The position numbers were made by a program, and so were the translations under genes. DNA of 50,230 nucleotides from an uncultured Woeseiaceae bacterium (GTDB lineage Bacteria > Pseudomonadota > Gammaproteobacteria > Steroidobacterales > PWYM01): contig CAYLNP010000002.1 of assembly GCA_964384925.1 (NCBI GenBank), positions 1-50,230 of the forward strand, in the 5' to 3' direction. The notes beneath the pieces are model-generated. The model did not search any database and was not told where the DNA came from. It was given only the letters and a program-made list of their open reading frames with translations. Positions 27,109-37,969 of the stretch are shown here, piece after piece (position 1 is the first letter of the stretch; the number at the start of each line of letters is the position of its first letter).

Positions 27109-27819
27109 ATGCCTGTCAACCAGAAAGTCGGTCTGAAGGTTGACGGCGCGGCATTGCTGCGCCGGCTCTGGCCGCGCGAATGTGTGCTGTGCGCTCAGCC
27201 CACCGGCAACCGCCACTTCTGTTCGCCCTGCCGTGGCGAGCTGCCGGGGCCGCGGCATGCGTGCCGGCGCTGCGGCGATGACCTGCCTGCCGGCCCACGG
27301 CCACCCGCCGACTGCTGTCGAGCCGATGCGCCGCCATGGTCGGCCGCCTGGATACCCTGGCGCTACGCCTGGCCGATGGACCATCTGGTTGTCGGCATGA
27401 AGTTTTCGCGCCGGCTGTCGTGGGCCTGCGCGCTGGGGGAACTGCTCGCCGATCATGTCCCGGCGGATTGCGCTGAGCTGGTGCTGCCCGTGCCGCTGCA
27501 CCCGGCCAGACTCGCCGCCAGGGGCTTCAACCAGGCGCAGGAGCTGGCCGCGCGCATTGCCAGGCGCCACGGGCTGGCGCTGGCCGTGGAAGATGCACGC
27601 CGCCTGCGCGCCACGCCGCCACAATCGGGACTACCGGCCGTTGCCCGGCGGCGCAACCTCGTCGCGGCCTTCGCCGTATCACCGCGGCGAATTCAGGGCC
27701 GGCGCATCCTGCTGGTCGATGACGTGGTCACCACCGGCGCGACGCTCGCCGCGCTGGCTCAGGCCACGCTTGCGGCGGGCGCATCGTCACTGTGCATCTG
27801 CGCCGTGGCACGGGCGTGA
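27109..27819 (+). CDS. comF: ComF family protein (phosphoribosyltransferase domain)
   Basis: ORF 27013-27819. The ATG at 27109 is preferred. Cys-rich N-terminus CVLCAQP...CSPC...CRRCG. C-terminus [10 protein letters not shown] and [14 protein letters not shown]. It is divergent from bioB, as in many proteobacteria. Confidence 0.85.
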   Translation: MPVNQKVGLKVDGAALLRRLWPRECVLCAQPTGNRHFCSPCRGELPGPRHACRRCGDDLPAGPRPPADCCRADAPPWSAAWIPWRYAWPMDHLVVGMKFSRRLSWACALGELLADHVPADCAELVLPVPLHPARLAARGFNQAQELAARIARRHGLALAVEDARRLRATPPQSGLPAVARRRNLVAAFAVSPRRIQGRRILLVDDVVTTGATLAALAQATLAAGASSLCICAVARA

Positions 27820-27829
27820 ACGAAAGCGC

Positions 27830-28720
27830 TCAGGCCAGCGGAGCGAACGCGTAGTGCAGCAGGATGCCTGTGAAAACCGCTGCGCCAAACACGTGGTTGT
27901 TCTGAAACGCCTGGAAGCACCCCTGGGGATGGCGTTCGCGGATCAGCCATTGCTGCCACGCCGCCGAACACGCCGCGGCCAGCAGCCCGAGGTGATACCA
28001 GCCGCCCAGCCCGGCGCGTTCGCCCACGAGGTAAAGCGTCACCAGCAGCGCGATCTGCAGCGCGGCAAGGATCGACCGGTCAGCATCGCCGAACAGGATG
28101 GCAGAGGACTTCAGGCCCAGCTTGAGGTCATCCTGGCGATCGACCATCGCGTACATCGTGTCGTAGATCACCGCCCACAGAATCACTGCACAGAACAGCA
28201 GCCAGGCCACCGGCGGCACCGCGCCGGTCTGGGCTGCGTACGCCATCGGCACACTCCAGCCGAAGGCCAGTCCGAGCACGAACTGCGGTGTGGACAGATA
28301 ACGTTTGGTGAAGGGGTAGACGACCGTCAGCAGCGCGGCTACCAGCGCCAGGCCCTGCGTGAGGCGATTCATCGTCAGCACCAGCCCCAGCGCGATCAGC
28401 GACAGGCCCGCAAACAGCACCAGCGCTTCGGCCGGCGATACCTGGCCGGCGGCCAGCGGGCGCTGCCGGGTCCGCTGCACGTGGCCATCCACCCGCCGGT
28501 CGGCGAAATCGTTGATGGCACAGCCCGCCGAGCGCATCAGCACCGCGCCCACCACGAAGACTGTGAACACCTGCGCGTCGGGCCGGCCCTCTCCGGCCAG
28601 CCATAGGGCCCACAGAGTGGGCCACAGCAGCAGCCAGATGCCGATGGGCGCGTGAAGCCGCAGCAGCCGGCCGTACGCCAGCAGCTGACGCCCCATGATG
28701 GCCATCGGTGGCATGCTCAT
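27830..28720 (-). CDS. ubiA: 4-hydroxybenzoate octaprenyltransferase
   Basis: ORF 27830-28747. The ATG at 28720 (2 nt after the ubiC stop) is preferred. Reads LLWPTLWALWLA...AGCAINDFADRRVDGHVQRTRQRPLA. Confidence 0.95.
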   Translation of the reverse strand: MSMPPMAIMGRQLLAYGRLLRLHAPIGIWLLLWPTLWALWLAGEGRPDAQVFTVFVVGAVLMRSAGCAINDFADRRVDGHVQRTRQRPLAAGQVSPAEALVLFAGLSLIALGLVLTMNRLTQGLALVAALLTVVYPFTKRYLSTPQFVLGLAFGWSVPMAYAAQTGAVPPVAWLLFCAVILWAVIYDTMYAMVDRQDDLKLGLKSSAILFGDADRSILAALQIALLVTLYLVGERAGLGGWYHLGLLAAACSAAWQQWLIRERHPQGCFQAFQNNHVFGAAVFTGILLHYAFAPLA

Positions 28721-28722
28721 TC

Positions 28723-29298
28723 TCAGGCGCCGCCGGGGCTGCGGCACCCGCCGATGTCAGGCAGAAACGCCTCGAACACGCACAGCGGCGCGCCGCTGAG
28801 CCGGAACACCGAACGACGCGCCCAGACCGGGCGCCCCAACGCCACCACCACGCCCGCGAGCTGCGCATCCCCGGGCGTCAGCTGCGCATACTCGAAGGGT
28901 CCTCGCGAAAGACCTTCTACCTGCCGCAGCTGCTCGCCAAGTGAAGACTCCCCCAGCGCTGCAAGCCAGGGGTGTGCGGACAGCGTGGTGGTGGGTAGCA
29001 GGGTCCGGGCGAACACATAGCTGCGCGTCTGATCGCCCATGGCGATCTCCCGGCACAGCGCGCGTTCGTCGACGACCTTCAGCAGAGCGCGCGTGACATC
29101 GTCCAGTGGCGTCATCACCTGGCGCAGAACCTGCAGCCGGAACTCCTCTGGACACGCCTCACGCAGCGCGTCGGTCAGCAGGCCCTGCCACAGCAGCCAG
29201 CCCTGCAGATGTCGCGGGGCATCCGATGCCGCCAGCGCCCGGGCATCGATCCAGTGCGCGGGAGAGGCAGGGGCGCTGTGAGAGACGGCGGAATTCAT
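28723..29298 (-). CDS. ubiC: Chorismate pyruvate-lyase
   Basis: 191 aa. Reads LTDALREA...REIAMG...YVFARTLLP...LGE.L...FEYA. It lies immediately upstream of ubiA. Confidence 0.8.
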   Translation of the reverse strand: MNSAVSHSAPASPAHWIDARALAASDAPRHLQGWLLWQGLLTDALREACPEEFRLQVLRQVMTPLDDVTRALLKVVDERALCREIAMGDQTRSYVFARTLLPTTTLSAHPWLAALGESSLGEQLRQVEGLSRGPFEYAQLTPGDAQLAGVVVALGRPVWARRSVFRLSGAPLCVFEAFLPDIGGCRSPGGA

Positions 29299-29412
29299 GC
29301 GGGCCTTGCGTCGCAGGGAGTGGAGGGCTGTGATTGTAGCGAGTCGGCCGCGCAGCCCGCCAATCCGGTTCGCGTTCGCGAGAGCAGCGACAGGCCTGCA
29401 CCGCAGGGTGGT

Positions 29413-31485
29413 TCATACGGTGCCATAACGCGCCGCCTCGCCGATCCAGCGTCCGATGAGCGCGTCGCGGCGCGGCGCATCCAGTGCGGCCCGGGCGGCG
29501 GCGCGCTGCACCAGTGGCAGCAGGTCCGCATCGCGCGCCAGGTCGGCCACACGCATTTGCGCCAGGCCCGTCTGGCGTGTGCCGAGCAGCTCGCCGGGCC
29601 CACGCAGTTCGAGATCGTGACGGGCGATCTCGAAGCCGTCGCTGACGTCGCGCATCACCGCAAGGCGGCGGCGTGCCAGCGCGGAGAGGGGCGCACGATA
29701 GAGCAGCACGCAGGAACTCTCGTCACTGCCCCGCCCCACACGCCCGCGCAGCTGATGCAGCTGCGACAGGCCCATGCGCTCGGCATTCTCGATGATCATC
29801 AGGCTGGCACGGGGCACGTCCACGCCTACCTCGATGACCGTGGTCGCCACCAGCAGGTCGAGTCTGCCCGCCTTGAAATGCTGCATCACCGCGTCTTTCT
29901 CGGCCGCGCGAAGTCTCCCGTGCACCAGACCGACGCGCAATGTCGGCAATGCCTCGGTCAGTGATGCGTGCAGCTCGGCGGCGGCCTGGGCTTCGAGCGT
30001 GTCGGATTCCTCGATCAGTGGACAGACCCAGTAAGCCTGCCGTCCGGCTGCGCACGCCTCATGCACGCGGCGGACGATATCGTGGCGCCGCGAGTCCGGC
30101 ATCACGACGGTGCGCACCGGCTTTCTGCCCGGCGGGAGTTCGTCTATCGACGAGGTGTCGAGGTCGGCATAGGCGGTCATGGCCAGCGTGCGCGGGATCG
30201 GTGTGGCCGTCATGATCAGCTGATGCGGTTGGTGGCCGTGAGGCAGCGCGCCCTTCTCGCGCAGGGCCAGGCGCTGATGCACCCCGAAGCGGTGCTGTTC
30301 GTCGACAATCACCAGTGCCAGCCCGCCGAAGGTCACGCCTTCCTGAAACAGCGCATGCGTGCCGACCGCCACCAGCGGCGTATCCGATGCGAGCATGGCT
30401 TCGGCTTCGGCGCGCCGCCGACCCTTGACGGACCCCGTCAGCCACACGATCGGCACCTCCAGGGGGCTGAGCCACTGATCGAAATTGCGGAAGTGCTGTT
30501 CGGCGAGCAGCTCCGTGGGCGCCATGATCGCCGCCTGGCGGCCCGACTCGATGGCCGCCAGCGCCGCCGCCGCGGCGACCACGGTCTTGCCCGAGCCGAC
30601 GTCGCCCTGGACGAGACGCAGCATCGGCACGTCGCTGTCGAGATCGGCCCCAATCTCCGCGAGGACCCGCTGCTGGGCGCCGGTCAGCTCGAAGGGCAAA
30701 GCTTGCAGAAAACGCCGAGCGAGTTGCCCGTCCCGCGTCAGTCGCAGCGCCTGACCGCTGCGCTGGGCTTCGCGCCGCAGACGCATGCTCAGGTGATGGG
30801 CAAGCAGTTCCTCCAGCGCCAGGCGACGCTGCGCAGGATGGCGTCCCGCCTCGAGCGTCTCGAGCACCACATCGGGGGGCGGCCGGTGAAGCAGCATCAG
30901 GGCATCCACCAGGCCCGGCAGCGAGGTGTCCAGCAACGGCGCGAGCAGATCTTCGGGCGGGCTGCGCGTGAGGCGCCGCAGGGCTTCGTCCACGAGCGCG
31001 CGCAGGCGGGCCTGGGTCACGCCTTCCGTCAACGGATAGATCGGCGTGAGGCAGTCATCGACCATGGGTTCGTCGACACGCACGCAGCGATATTCCGGGT
31101 GGACGATTTCCAGACCGGCTGCGCCCCGGCGCAGCTCACCATAAAGCCGCAGCCGAGTGCCACGCTGTAGGCCCGCGGCCTGCTGGCCGGAGAAATGAAA
31201 GAAGCGCAGCAACAGGCTGCCGGTGCCGTCAGAGATGCGCAGCAGCAGCTGTCGTCTGCGCCGCAGCACCGTCTCGACCAGCTGGATCTCGCCCTCGACG
31301 ACCGCGCGCATGCCCGCGTGCAGGCTGCCCATCGGCACGATCCGGGTGCGATCCTCGTAGCGAAGTGGCAGCAGGAACAACAGGTCGGTGACACGCACGA
31401 CCCCCAGTCTTGCCAGGCGCGCGGCCAGCTGCGGCCCGACGCCTCGCAGCGCCGTCACCGGCTGGCTCAGACCGCCATCGGTCAT
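29413..31485 (-). CDS. recG: ATP-dependent DNA helicase RecG
   Basis: 690 aa. Wedge domain, then [23 protein letters not shown] and [12 protein letters not shown]. Confidence 0.95.
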   Translation of the reverse strand: MTDGGLSQPVTALRGVGPQLAARLARLGVVRVTDLLFLLPLRYEDRTRIVPMGSLHAGMRAVVEGEIQLVETVLRRRRQLLLRISDGTGSLLLRFFHFSGQQAAGLQRGTRLRLYGELRRGAAGLEIVHPEYRCVRVDEPMVDDCLTPIYPLTEGVTQARLRALVDEALRRLTRSPPEDLLAPLLDTSLPGLVDALMLLHRPPPDVVLETLEAGRHPAQRRLALEELLAHHLSMRLRREAQRSGQALRLTRDGQLARRFLQALPFELTGAQQRVLAEIGADLDSDVPMLRLVQGDVGSGKTVVAAAAALAAIESGRQAAIMAPTELLAEQHFRNFDQWLSPLEVPIVWLTGSVKGRRRAEAEAMLASDTPLVAVGTHALFQEGVTFGGLALVIVDEQHRFGVHQRLALREKGALPHGHQPHQLIMTATPIPRTLAMTAYADLDTSSIDELPPGRKPVRTVVMPDSRRHDIVRRVHEACAAGRQAYWVCPLIEESDTLEAQAAAELHASLTEALPTLRVGLVHGRLRAAEKDAVMQHFKAGRLDLLVATTVIEVGVDVPRASLMIIENAERMGLSQLHQLRGRVGRGSDESSCVLLYRAPLSALARRRLAVMRDVSDGFEIARHDLELRGPGELLGTRQTGLAQMRVADLARDADLLPLVQRAAARAALDAPRRDALIGRWIGEAARYGTV

Positions 31486-31877
31486 CCGCCGTGGCTGCTG
31501 CCCAGCACCATGATGGCCTCCATCTCGACCTGTGCGCCCTTGGGCAGGCTGGCCACGCCCACTGCCGCACGGGCCGGATACGGTGTCTGAAAATACTGGG
31601 CCATGATCTCGTTGACCTGGCCGAACCAGCCCAGATCGGTCAGAAACACATTGAGCTTGACGATGTCGTGCAGATCACCGCCGGCCGCCTTGCAGACCGC
31701 AGCAAGGTTGTCGAACACGCGGCGGATCATGGTCTCCGGCGAGCTGTCGACCAGCTGCATCGTTGCGGGATCCAGCGGGATCTGTCCGGAAAGATAAACC
31801 GTATCGCCCACCCTGACAGCCTGGCTGTAGGTGCCGACGGCGGCGGGCGCATCAGCGGTTGTGATGACTTGACGCAT
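31482..31877 (-). CDS. ridA: RidA family reactive-intermediate deaminase (YjgF/RutC-like)
   Basis: The internal ATG of ORF 31482-31979 gives [37 protein letters not shown]...[21 protein letters not shown]. The stop overlaps the recG start. Confidence 0.9.
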   Translation of the reverse strand: MRQVITTADAPAAVGTYSQAVRVGDTVYLSGQIPLDPATMQLVDSSPETMIRRVFDNLAAVCKAAGGDLHDIVKLNVFLTDLGWFGQVNEIMAQYFQTPYPARAAVGVASLPKGAQVEMEAIMVLGSSHGG

Positions 31878-31926
31878 ATCGAGTGAATCCTTTCGTGGTC
31901 TTGCTCTGGAGAGGTGTGCTGACGGG

Positions 31927-34161
31927 TCATTCGGCCTCATCGCGTCCGGCGCCGCCACGCTGACGGGATCGTCCGGCACTGCGGCTGACCTTCAGCACGT
32001 CGGGCATGCTGCGGATGCTGCGAATCACCCGCGCCAGGTGGATGCGATCGGACACCTGAAGCATGAACACCAGCGCCGAGACATCGCCGTCGCGCTCGAC
32101 GACGGACACGTGCTCTATGTTGGTGCGTGTCCCGGCGATGTTACTGGCGACGGCGGCGAGCACGCCCACGCGGTTGATGACATCGACGATGACTTCGACG
32201 TTGAAATCTCCGCTGACCTGGTTCTTCCAGGCCACGGAGATCCACTTGTTCGGCTGTTTGCGGAACTCCGCCAGGTTCCCGCAGCTGTTGCGGTGGATCA
32301 CCACGCCGCGACCGGCCGAGAGGTGACCCATGATGTCGTCACCGGGGATCGGAAAACAGCAGCGCGCATAGGTGACCACCATGCCCTCGGTCCCGGCGAT
32401 GGCCAGCGGCGGCAGCGGACGGCGTACCGGGCGCTCGCCCCCGGCCTCCCCATCATCCTCTGCCTCGTCGGCTGGAAGCTGCTGGTTGACCAGCATGCGC
32501 GCGACCAGCGGCGCCAGGCGCTCGCCCAGACCAAGCTGCTCGTAGAGCTCGGCGCCATTGTTCAGACCCAGTTCGTCGAGGGTCGTCTGCAACTGCGCGC
32601 GTCCGACCTTGCGCACCGAAGTGCCGAACTCCGAGAGCGCCTGATCGAGCAGCCGCTTGCCAAGGTCGCCGGCCTCGCTGCGCTTGAGGTTCTTCAGGTG
32701 CTGGCGAATGGCCGCGCGCGCCTTCGCGGTGGAGACAAAATTGACCCAGTTGGGGTTCGGCTGGGCGCCGCGCGCGGTAATGATTTCCACGGCCTGGCCG
32801 TTGCGCAGCACGGTTCGCAGCGGTACCAGCCGGCGGTCCACCTTGGCGGCGACGCAGCGATTGCCGACATCGGTGTGCACCGCGTAGGCGAAGTCCACGG
32901 TCGTGGCGCCGCGCGGCAGCCGCAGGATGTCGCCCTTGGGCGTAAACACGTAGACCTTGTCGGGAAACAGGTCCACGCGCACGCTTTCCAGAAACTCTTC
33001 CGAATTGGCGGTCTTCTGCATCTCCATCAGGCTGGAGAGCCACTCGCGCGCGCGTGCCTGGGGGGCATAGACCTTCTGGTCGACCGACTTGTACTGCCAG
33101 TGGGAGGCGATGCCGGATTCGGCCACCCGATCCATGTCGTGCGTGCGGATCTGCACTTCAAGCGGCACGCCGTTGGGACCGAACAGGGTCGTGTGCAGGG
33201 ACTGGTAACCATTGACACGCGGGATGGCCACGTAGTCCTTGAACCGCCCCGGCATGGGCTTGTACAGCCGGTGGACCACGCCCAGTACGCGGTAGCAGGT
33301 GTCCACGTCCTCCACCATGATGCGAAACCCGTAGACGTCGGCGATCTCGGACAACACGCGGCCCTTGTCACGCATCTTGCGGTACACACTGAACAGGTGC
33401 TTCTCACGGCTGATGATGCGCGCCTCGATCTGCGCCTCCGACAAGGCCTTGTCCAGGCGCACCGCGATCTTCTTCAGGAATGATTTCTGATTGCCGGTGG
33501 CGCGCTTCAGGGCGCGTTCGAGCACAGCAAAGCGGCGCGGATAGAGGGACCGGAACCCCAGGTCCTCGAGCTCCAGCCTGATCTTGTTGATCCCCAGCCG
33601 ATTGGCGATCGGGGCATAGATGTCCAGCGTCTCGCGGGCGATGCGGCGCTGCTTCTCCGGGGGCATCGACCCCAGCGTACGCATGTTGTGCAGGCGGTCG
33701 GCCAGCTTGACGAGGATCACGCGAATATCCTCGACCATTGCGAGCAGCATCTTGCGAAACGATTCGGCCTGGGCCTCCGCGCGGCTGCGAAACTGGATCT
33801 GGTCGAGTTTGCTGACACCGTCGACGAGTGCTGCGACCTCTTCGCCGAACAGGCCGGCCAGCTGGTCACGCGCGGTGGGGGTGTCCTCGATGACGTCGTG
33901 CAGAAGGGCGGCGATCAGCGTGCCGGCATCCAGATGCAGGTCGGCGAGGATGCGCGCGACAGCCACCGGGTGGGAGATGTAGGGTTCACCGCTCTTGCGC
34001 TTCTGGCCTTCGTGGGCCGACGCACTGAATTCGTAGGCGGCAAGAACCCGCTCGACGTCCGACTGGGGCAGATAGGTATAGAGCTGCGAGACCAGCTCAT
34101 TGATGCCAGTTGCGCGCCGGCCTACGGGCAACATGCCCAGCAGAGAGACCGACTGTTTCAC
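31927..34161 (-). CDS. spoT: Bifunctional (p)ppGpp synthetase/hydrolase SpoT
   Basis: 744 aa. HD domain (HPVAVA...HDVIEDT), RelA/SpoT synthetase domain, TGS and ACT-like C-terminus. The exact start is uncertain; an alternative ATG lies 9 codons in. Confidence 0.95.
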   Translation of the reverse strand: MKQSVSLLGMLPVGRRATGINELVSQLYTYLPQSDVERVLAAYEFSASAHEGQKRKSGEPYISHPVAVARILADLHLDAGTLIAALLHDVIEDTPTARDQLAGLFGEEVAALVDGVSKLDQIQFRSRAEAQAESFRKMLLAMVEDIRVILVKLADRLHNMRTLGSMPPEKQRRIARETLDIYAPIANRLGINKIRLELEDLGFRSLYPRRFAVLERALKRATGNQKSFLKKIAVRLDKALSEAQIEARIISREKHLFSVYRKMRDKGRVLSEIADVYGFRIMVEDVDTCYRVLGVVHRLYKPMPGRFKDYVAIPRVNGYQSLHTTLFGPNGVPLEVQIRTHDMDRVAESGIASHWQYKSVDQKVYAPQARAREWLSSLMEMQKTANSEEFLESVRVDLFPDKVYVFTPKGDILRLPRGATTVDFAYAVHTDVGNRCVAAKVDRRLVPLRTVLRNGQAVEIITARGAQPNPNWVNFVSTAKARAAIRQHLKNLKRSEAGDLGKRLLDQALSEFGTSVRKVGRAQLQTTLDELGLNNGAELYEQLGLGERLAPLVARMLVNQQLPADEAEDDGEAGGERPVRRPLPPLAIAGTEGMVVTYARCCFPIPGDDIMGHLSAGRGVVIHRNSCGNLAEFRKQPNKWISVAWKNQVSGDFNVEVIVDVINRVGVLAAVASNIAGTRTNIEHVSVVERDGDVSALVFMLQVSDRIHLARVIRSIRSMPDVLKVSRSAGRSRQRGGAGRDEAE

Positions 34162-34208
34162 GGGAGCTGGTGCCTCGCGATGCCTGTAGCGGGGAATCCG
34201 CGGTGTGC

Positions 34209-34526
34209 TCAGTCTCCGATCGAGATACTGCGCTCGTCGTCGCCGCGATCGCCGAAGCCGCCTCCGAGCATGCCACCGGCGAACTCCTGGTTGGCCTGCT
34301 GTTCGAGCAGCTCATCGACGCTGCGGTCGGCCTCGGTGAGAATCTCCGGCCCGACCAGACCCTCGGCAATTTCTCGCAGGGCGACAACGGTGGGCTTGTC
34401 GTTTTCCCACGGCACCAGCGCCTCGGCACCGTTGGCGAGCCGGCGGGCACGCTTGGATGCCACGAGCACCAGCTCGAACATGTTGGGGATTCTCTCGACG
34501 CAATCTTCGACGGTAATGCGGGCCAT
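34209..34526 (-). CDS. rpoZ: DNA-directed RNA polymerase subunit omega
   Basis: 105 aa reading [30 protein letters not shown]. Confidence 0.95.
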   Translation of the reverse strand: MARITVEDCVERIPNMFELVLVASKRARRLANGAEALVPWENDKPTVVALREIAEGLVGPEILTEADRSVDELLEQQANQEFAGGMLGGGFGDRGDDERSISIGD

Positions 34527-34643
34527 GGGCTACCTGGATCCTGCACGACGGCCGGAATTTGCCGTCACGCTCAAAGTGTCAAACCGATCGGCAAGTGTAA
34601 TGCAAAGCCCGGCGCGCAGCCAGCGACGCCGGTCGGGCGAGGC

Positions 34644-35288
34644 TCAACCCGCGACCAGGCTGCGGATGCGCGCCGCATGCGCCGGGTCGCTGCTGGCCAC
34701 CTGTTCGCCCTGGCCGTCGATGATGTCCAGCAGATTGTCCAGCGCCGCATCCAGGCGATCATTGATGATCACGAAGTCGAACTCCGCCCAGTGGCCGATG
34801 TCCTCGCGCGCTTCGTCCAGCCTTCGCCTGATCACCGCTTCGGCATCGGTGGCGCGGCTGCGCAGGCGCCGTTCGAGTTCGGGCAGCGAGGGCGGCAGGA
34901 TGAAGATGCTGCAGCAGCCGGGCATGCGGCCACGCACCTGCCGGGCACCCTGCCAGTCGATTTCGAGCAGGACATCGAAGCCGGCGGCGAGCAGGGCCTG
35001 CACCTGCGCCTGGGCGGTCCCGTAGCGGCGGCCGAATACGCAGGCATGCTCGAGAAATTCACCACGCTCGGCCATCGCCAGGAAACCCGCCTCGTCGACG
35101 AAGAAATAATCCTCGCCGTCGGTCTCCCCCGGCCGCCGCGGTCGGGTTGTATAGGACACCGAGAATCGCAGCCTGGGCCGCCTGTCCATCAACGCCCGCA
35201 CGAGCGTCGTCTTGCCCGCACCCGAGGGTGCCGAGACGACCCACAGCCGGCCCTGCGCGCCGGCGGCTTCGCGCTGCTCTGCGGTCAC
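34644..35288 (-). CDS. gmk: Guanylate kinase
   Basis: 214 aa. Reads SAPSGAGKTTLV...SVSYTTRPRRPGE.DGEDYFF. Confidence 0.95.
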   Translation of the reverse strand: MTAEQREAAGAQGRLWVVSAPSGAGKTTLVRALMDRRPRLRFSVSYTTRPRRPGETDGEDYFFVDEAGFLAMAERGEFLEHACVFGRRYGTAQAQVQALLAAGFDVLLEIDWQGARQVRGRMPGCCSIFILPPSLPELERRLRSRATDAEAVIRRRLDEAREDIGHWAEFDFVIINDRLDAALDNLLDIIDGQGEQVASSDPAHAARIRSLVAG

Positions 35289-35297
35289 AGGTCGGCG

Positions 35298-36164
35298 CTA
35301 CTCGACATTCTGCACCTGTTCGCGCATCTGCTCGATCTGCACCTTGAGCTCCACGGCGGCGCGGGTGACCTCCATGTCGACGGATTTGGACGACAGCGTA
35401 TTGGCCTCGCGATTGAGTTCCTGCATCAGGAAATCCAGCCGTCTGCCCACAGGCTCATCGCGCTGCAGGACCTCGCGCAGCTGCGCGACATGCGCACGCA
35501 GCCGATCGAGCTCTTCGGCCACGTCCATGCGGCTGACGAGCAGCGCGACTTCCTGTTCCAGGCGGCCTTCGTCCGTGGCCACGTCCAGCCGCGCCAGCCG
35601 ACTGCGCATGCGCTCGAGCTGTTCGGACTGGAGTTGCGGCAGGCGCTCGCCCACGAAGTGCGTCAGCGTGAGGATCTGCGCGCAGCGGGCCTCGAGCATC
35701 TCGGCCAGGCGCTCCCCCTCGCCGCCGCGTGCTTCGATCAGTGTATCGAGCGTAGACACCAGCGCCGTCATGGCAGTCTCACCGAGGCCTTCCACCGCCG
35801 GGCGTGGCTCCTGCAATACGCCAGGCCAGCGCAGCAGATCGATGGTACGCAGCCCTTCGCCGCCGCCGCCGAGGCCATCGACATGGCCGGCGGCCTCGAC
35901 CAGGCGCATCACCAGCGATTCATCGACGATGAACGGCGACGGCGCGCTGGGGGCCTGTGCCAGGCGCAGGCCCAGGTCGACCTTGCCCCGGCCCAGCCTG
36001 GCCTGCACACACGCCTTGAATTGCGGCTCCAGGCCGCGCAGCTCCTCAGGCAGCCTGAAGGCGATTTCGAGAAAGCGATGGTTGACGCTGCGCGCCTCCC
36101 ACGTCAGCACGTTGCCGCCCACCGTCACTTCGTGGCGGGCGTAGCCGGTCATGCTCTGAATCAT
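35298..36164 (-). CDS. yicC: YicC family stress-induced protein (endoribonuclease family)
   Basis: The internal ATG of ORF 35298-36332 gives MIQSMTGYARHE...NHRFLEI...EELDRL..H...FLMQELNREANTLSSKS. Confidence 0.9.
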   Translation of the reverse strand: MIQSMTGYARHEVTVGGNVLTWEARSVNHRFLEIAFRLPEELRGLEPQFKACVQARLGRGKVDLGLRLAQAPSAPSPFIVDESLVMRLVEAAGHVDGLGGGGEGLRTIDLLRWPGVLQEPRPAVEGLGETAMTALVSTLDTLIEARGGEGERLAEMLEARCAQILTLTHFVGERLPQLQSEQLERMRSRLARLDVATDEGRLEQEVALLVSRMDVAEELDRLRAHVAQLREVLQRDEPVGRRLDFLMQELNREANTLSSKSVDMEVTRAAVELKVQIEQMREQVQNVE

Positions 36165-36275
36165 CAGCTGTGCTTCACTGGCGCATCGCCGCGAAAAGCG
36201 CAAAGTGTAGCAGTCCGAAGTTTGCGCCGCCCTGTCGCCAGAGCGTTCCGCAGATAAACTGCGGCCGGCGTCACT

Positions 36276-36294
36276 GAAGGCCTGCGAAGGCCTG
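36276..36294. repeat. Tandem direct repeat GAAGGCCTG-C-GAAGGCCTG (10-bp period) in the yicC/PP2C divergent intergenic region
   Basis: Read directly from the sequence. Confidence 0.55.
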
Positions 36295-36315
36295 AGGTAG
36301 TCTCGCGGCACCGTG

Positions 36316-36336
36316 GCGCATGTCGAGCGCATGTCG
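36316..36336. repeat. Tandem direct repeat GCGCATGTCG-A-GCGCATGTCG (11-bp period) just upstream of the PP2C gene
   Basis: Read directly from the sequence. The spacing is about one helical turn, as for response-regulator-type operators. Confidence 0.55.
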
Positions 36337-36367
36337 CACTATCGCCTTTCCGAACACTGGACCGTTC

Positions 36368-37168
36368 ATGCCGTCGAAGAAGACAGGGAAAGATCCGCAG
36401 GGTTCGCGCGCTGATGATGCCGCCAGCAGTGCCGAGCGCAGCGGCGCATCGCTCAGCCTGGTCGGCGACCGCGAGGACAACCAGGATCGGGTGTGCCTGG
36501 CCAGCCATGACGGCGTCTGGCTGATGATGGCCGTCGATGGCATGGGCGGGCACAGCGAAGGTGCCCGCGCCGCAGAGACGGCGGTGGCGGTTGTGAAGCG
36601 CGCGTTCATGGCGGCCGCCAAACCCCTGCTCGACCCGCAGGGTTTCCTGCACCTGGCGCTGGGCCGCGCACATACGGACATCGTACGTCTCGGCCAGGCG
36701 GTGTCGCTGGACGTGCGACCCCGTGCGACCTGTGCGATGGCGATTGCCCAGGACGACGGCGCGTGGTGGGCGCATGTCGGCGACAGTCGGGTCTATCAGC
36801 TGCGCGATGGCCGGGTGCTTGCGCGCACGCGCGATCACAGTCATGTCGAACTGCTCCTGCAGCAGGGCATGATCGCCGAGAGCGAGGTGCATCGGCATCC
36901 GATGCGCAACTATGTCGAATCCTGCCTCGGTGGCGATGCGGCGGTGCCCGATATGAGCATCTCGCGGCTGCGGCCGCTGCACGAGGGCGATGTCCTGCTG
37001 GTGTGCTCGGACGGGTTCTGGTCTGGACTGGCGGACGCGCAGATCGGCGAACTCACCGGCGCGGGGGCTGCAACCCTCGAGGCGCGCCTGACGCGCCTGG
37101 GCCGTCAGGCCGTCAAGGCCACCGCGCCCTACGCGGACAATACCTCGGCGGTCGCACTGCGCTGGTAG
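36368..37168 (+). CDS. PP2C-family (PPM) serine/threonine protein phosphatase
   Basis: ORF 36320-37168. The start is 36320 or 36368. All metal-binding motifs are present: REDNQD, AVDGMGGH, LLVCSDGFW and ADNTSAVAL. Confidence 0.85.
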   Translation: MPSKKTGKDPQGSRADDAASSAERSGASLSLVGDREDNQDRVCLASHDGVWLMMAVDGMGGHSEGARAAETAVAVVKRAFMAAAKPLLDPQGFLHLALGRAHTDIVRLGQAVSLDVRPRATCAMAIAQDDGAWWAHVGDSRVYQLRDGRVLARTRDHSHVELLLQQGMIAESEVHRHPMRNYVESCLGGDAAVPDMSISRLRPLHEGDVLLVCSDGFWSGLADAQIGELTGAGAATLEARLTRLGRQAVKATAPYADNTSAVALRW

Positions 37169-37255
37169 GCGGCGCCGGTCTGGCGCAATTCCTGCGACAA
37201 TGGCGCCCTGATACCTTGGCCGCAGCGTCTGCGGCCGACAGCCGGGAGAATTTCG

Positions 37256-37969
37256 ATGAGACCAAGCGGCCGCGCCGCCGACGAGCTGCGCCGTGTGCGC
37301 CTGACGCCCGGATTCACCCGCCACGCCGAGGGCTCGGTGCTGGCGGAGTTCGGTGAGACGCGCGTCCTGTGCACGGCGAGCGTCGAGGAACGCACGCCGC
37401 CGTGGCTGCGTGGTACCGGCCAGGGCTGGGTGACCGCCGAATACGGGATGCTGCCGCGCGCCACCCACAGCCGCAATGCCCGTGAAGCCGTGCGCGGCAG
37501 TCAGGGCGGACGGACCCAGGAGATTCAGCGCCTGATCGGCCGTTCGCTGCGCGCGGCGGTGGACCTGCGCGCGCTGGGCGAGCGCACCGTCACGCTGGAC
37601 TGCGATGTGCTGCAGGCCGACGGCGGCACCCGCACTGCCGCCATCAGCGGTGCCTATGTCGCGCTGCGGCTCGCGGTGGCGGGCCTGCTCGGCGCGGGCA
37701 AGCTCAAGAGCGATCCGGTACACGGTCAGATCGCCGCCATCTCGGTGGGCATCTGCAACGGGCAGCCGGTGCTGGACCTCGACTATGCCGAGGACGCCGC
37801 CGCGGAAACCGACATGAACGTGGTCATGAACGAAGCCGGCGGCTTTGTCGAAGTCCAGGGCACCGCCGAAGGTCATGCGCTGCGGCGGGAAGAGCTCGAC
37901 GCGTTGCTGGATCTTGCGATCCTCGGCGTACGCGGTGTGATGGCCGTGCAGCGAGAGGCCCTGGCATGA
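37256..37969 (+). CDS. rph: Ribonuclease PH
   Basis: 237 aa. Reads [12 protein letters not shown]...AEGSVL.EFG.T.VLCTAS...[14 protein letters not shown]. Confidence 0.95.
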   Translation: MRPSGRAADELRRVRLTPGFTRHAEGSVLAEFGETRVLCTASVEERTPPWLRGTGQGWVTAEYGMLPRATHSRNAREAVRGSQGGRTQEIQRLIGRSLRAAVDLRALGERTVTLDCDVLQADGGTRTAAISGAYVALRLAVAGLLGAGKLKSDPVHGQIAAISVGICNGQPVLDLDYAEDAAAETDMNVVMNEAGGFVEVQGTAEGHALRREELDALLDLAILGVRGVMAVQREALA

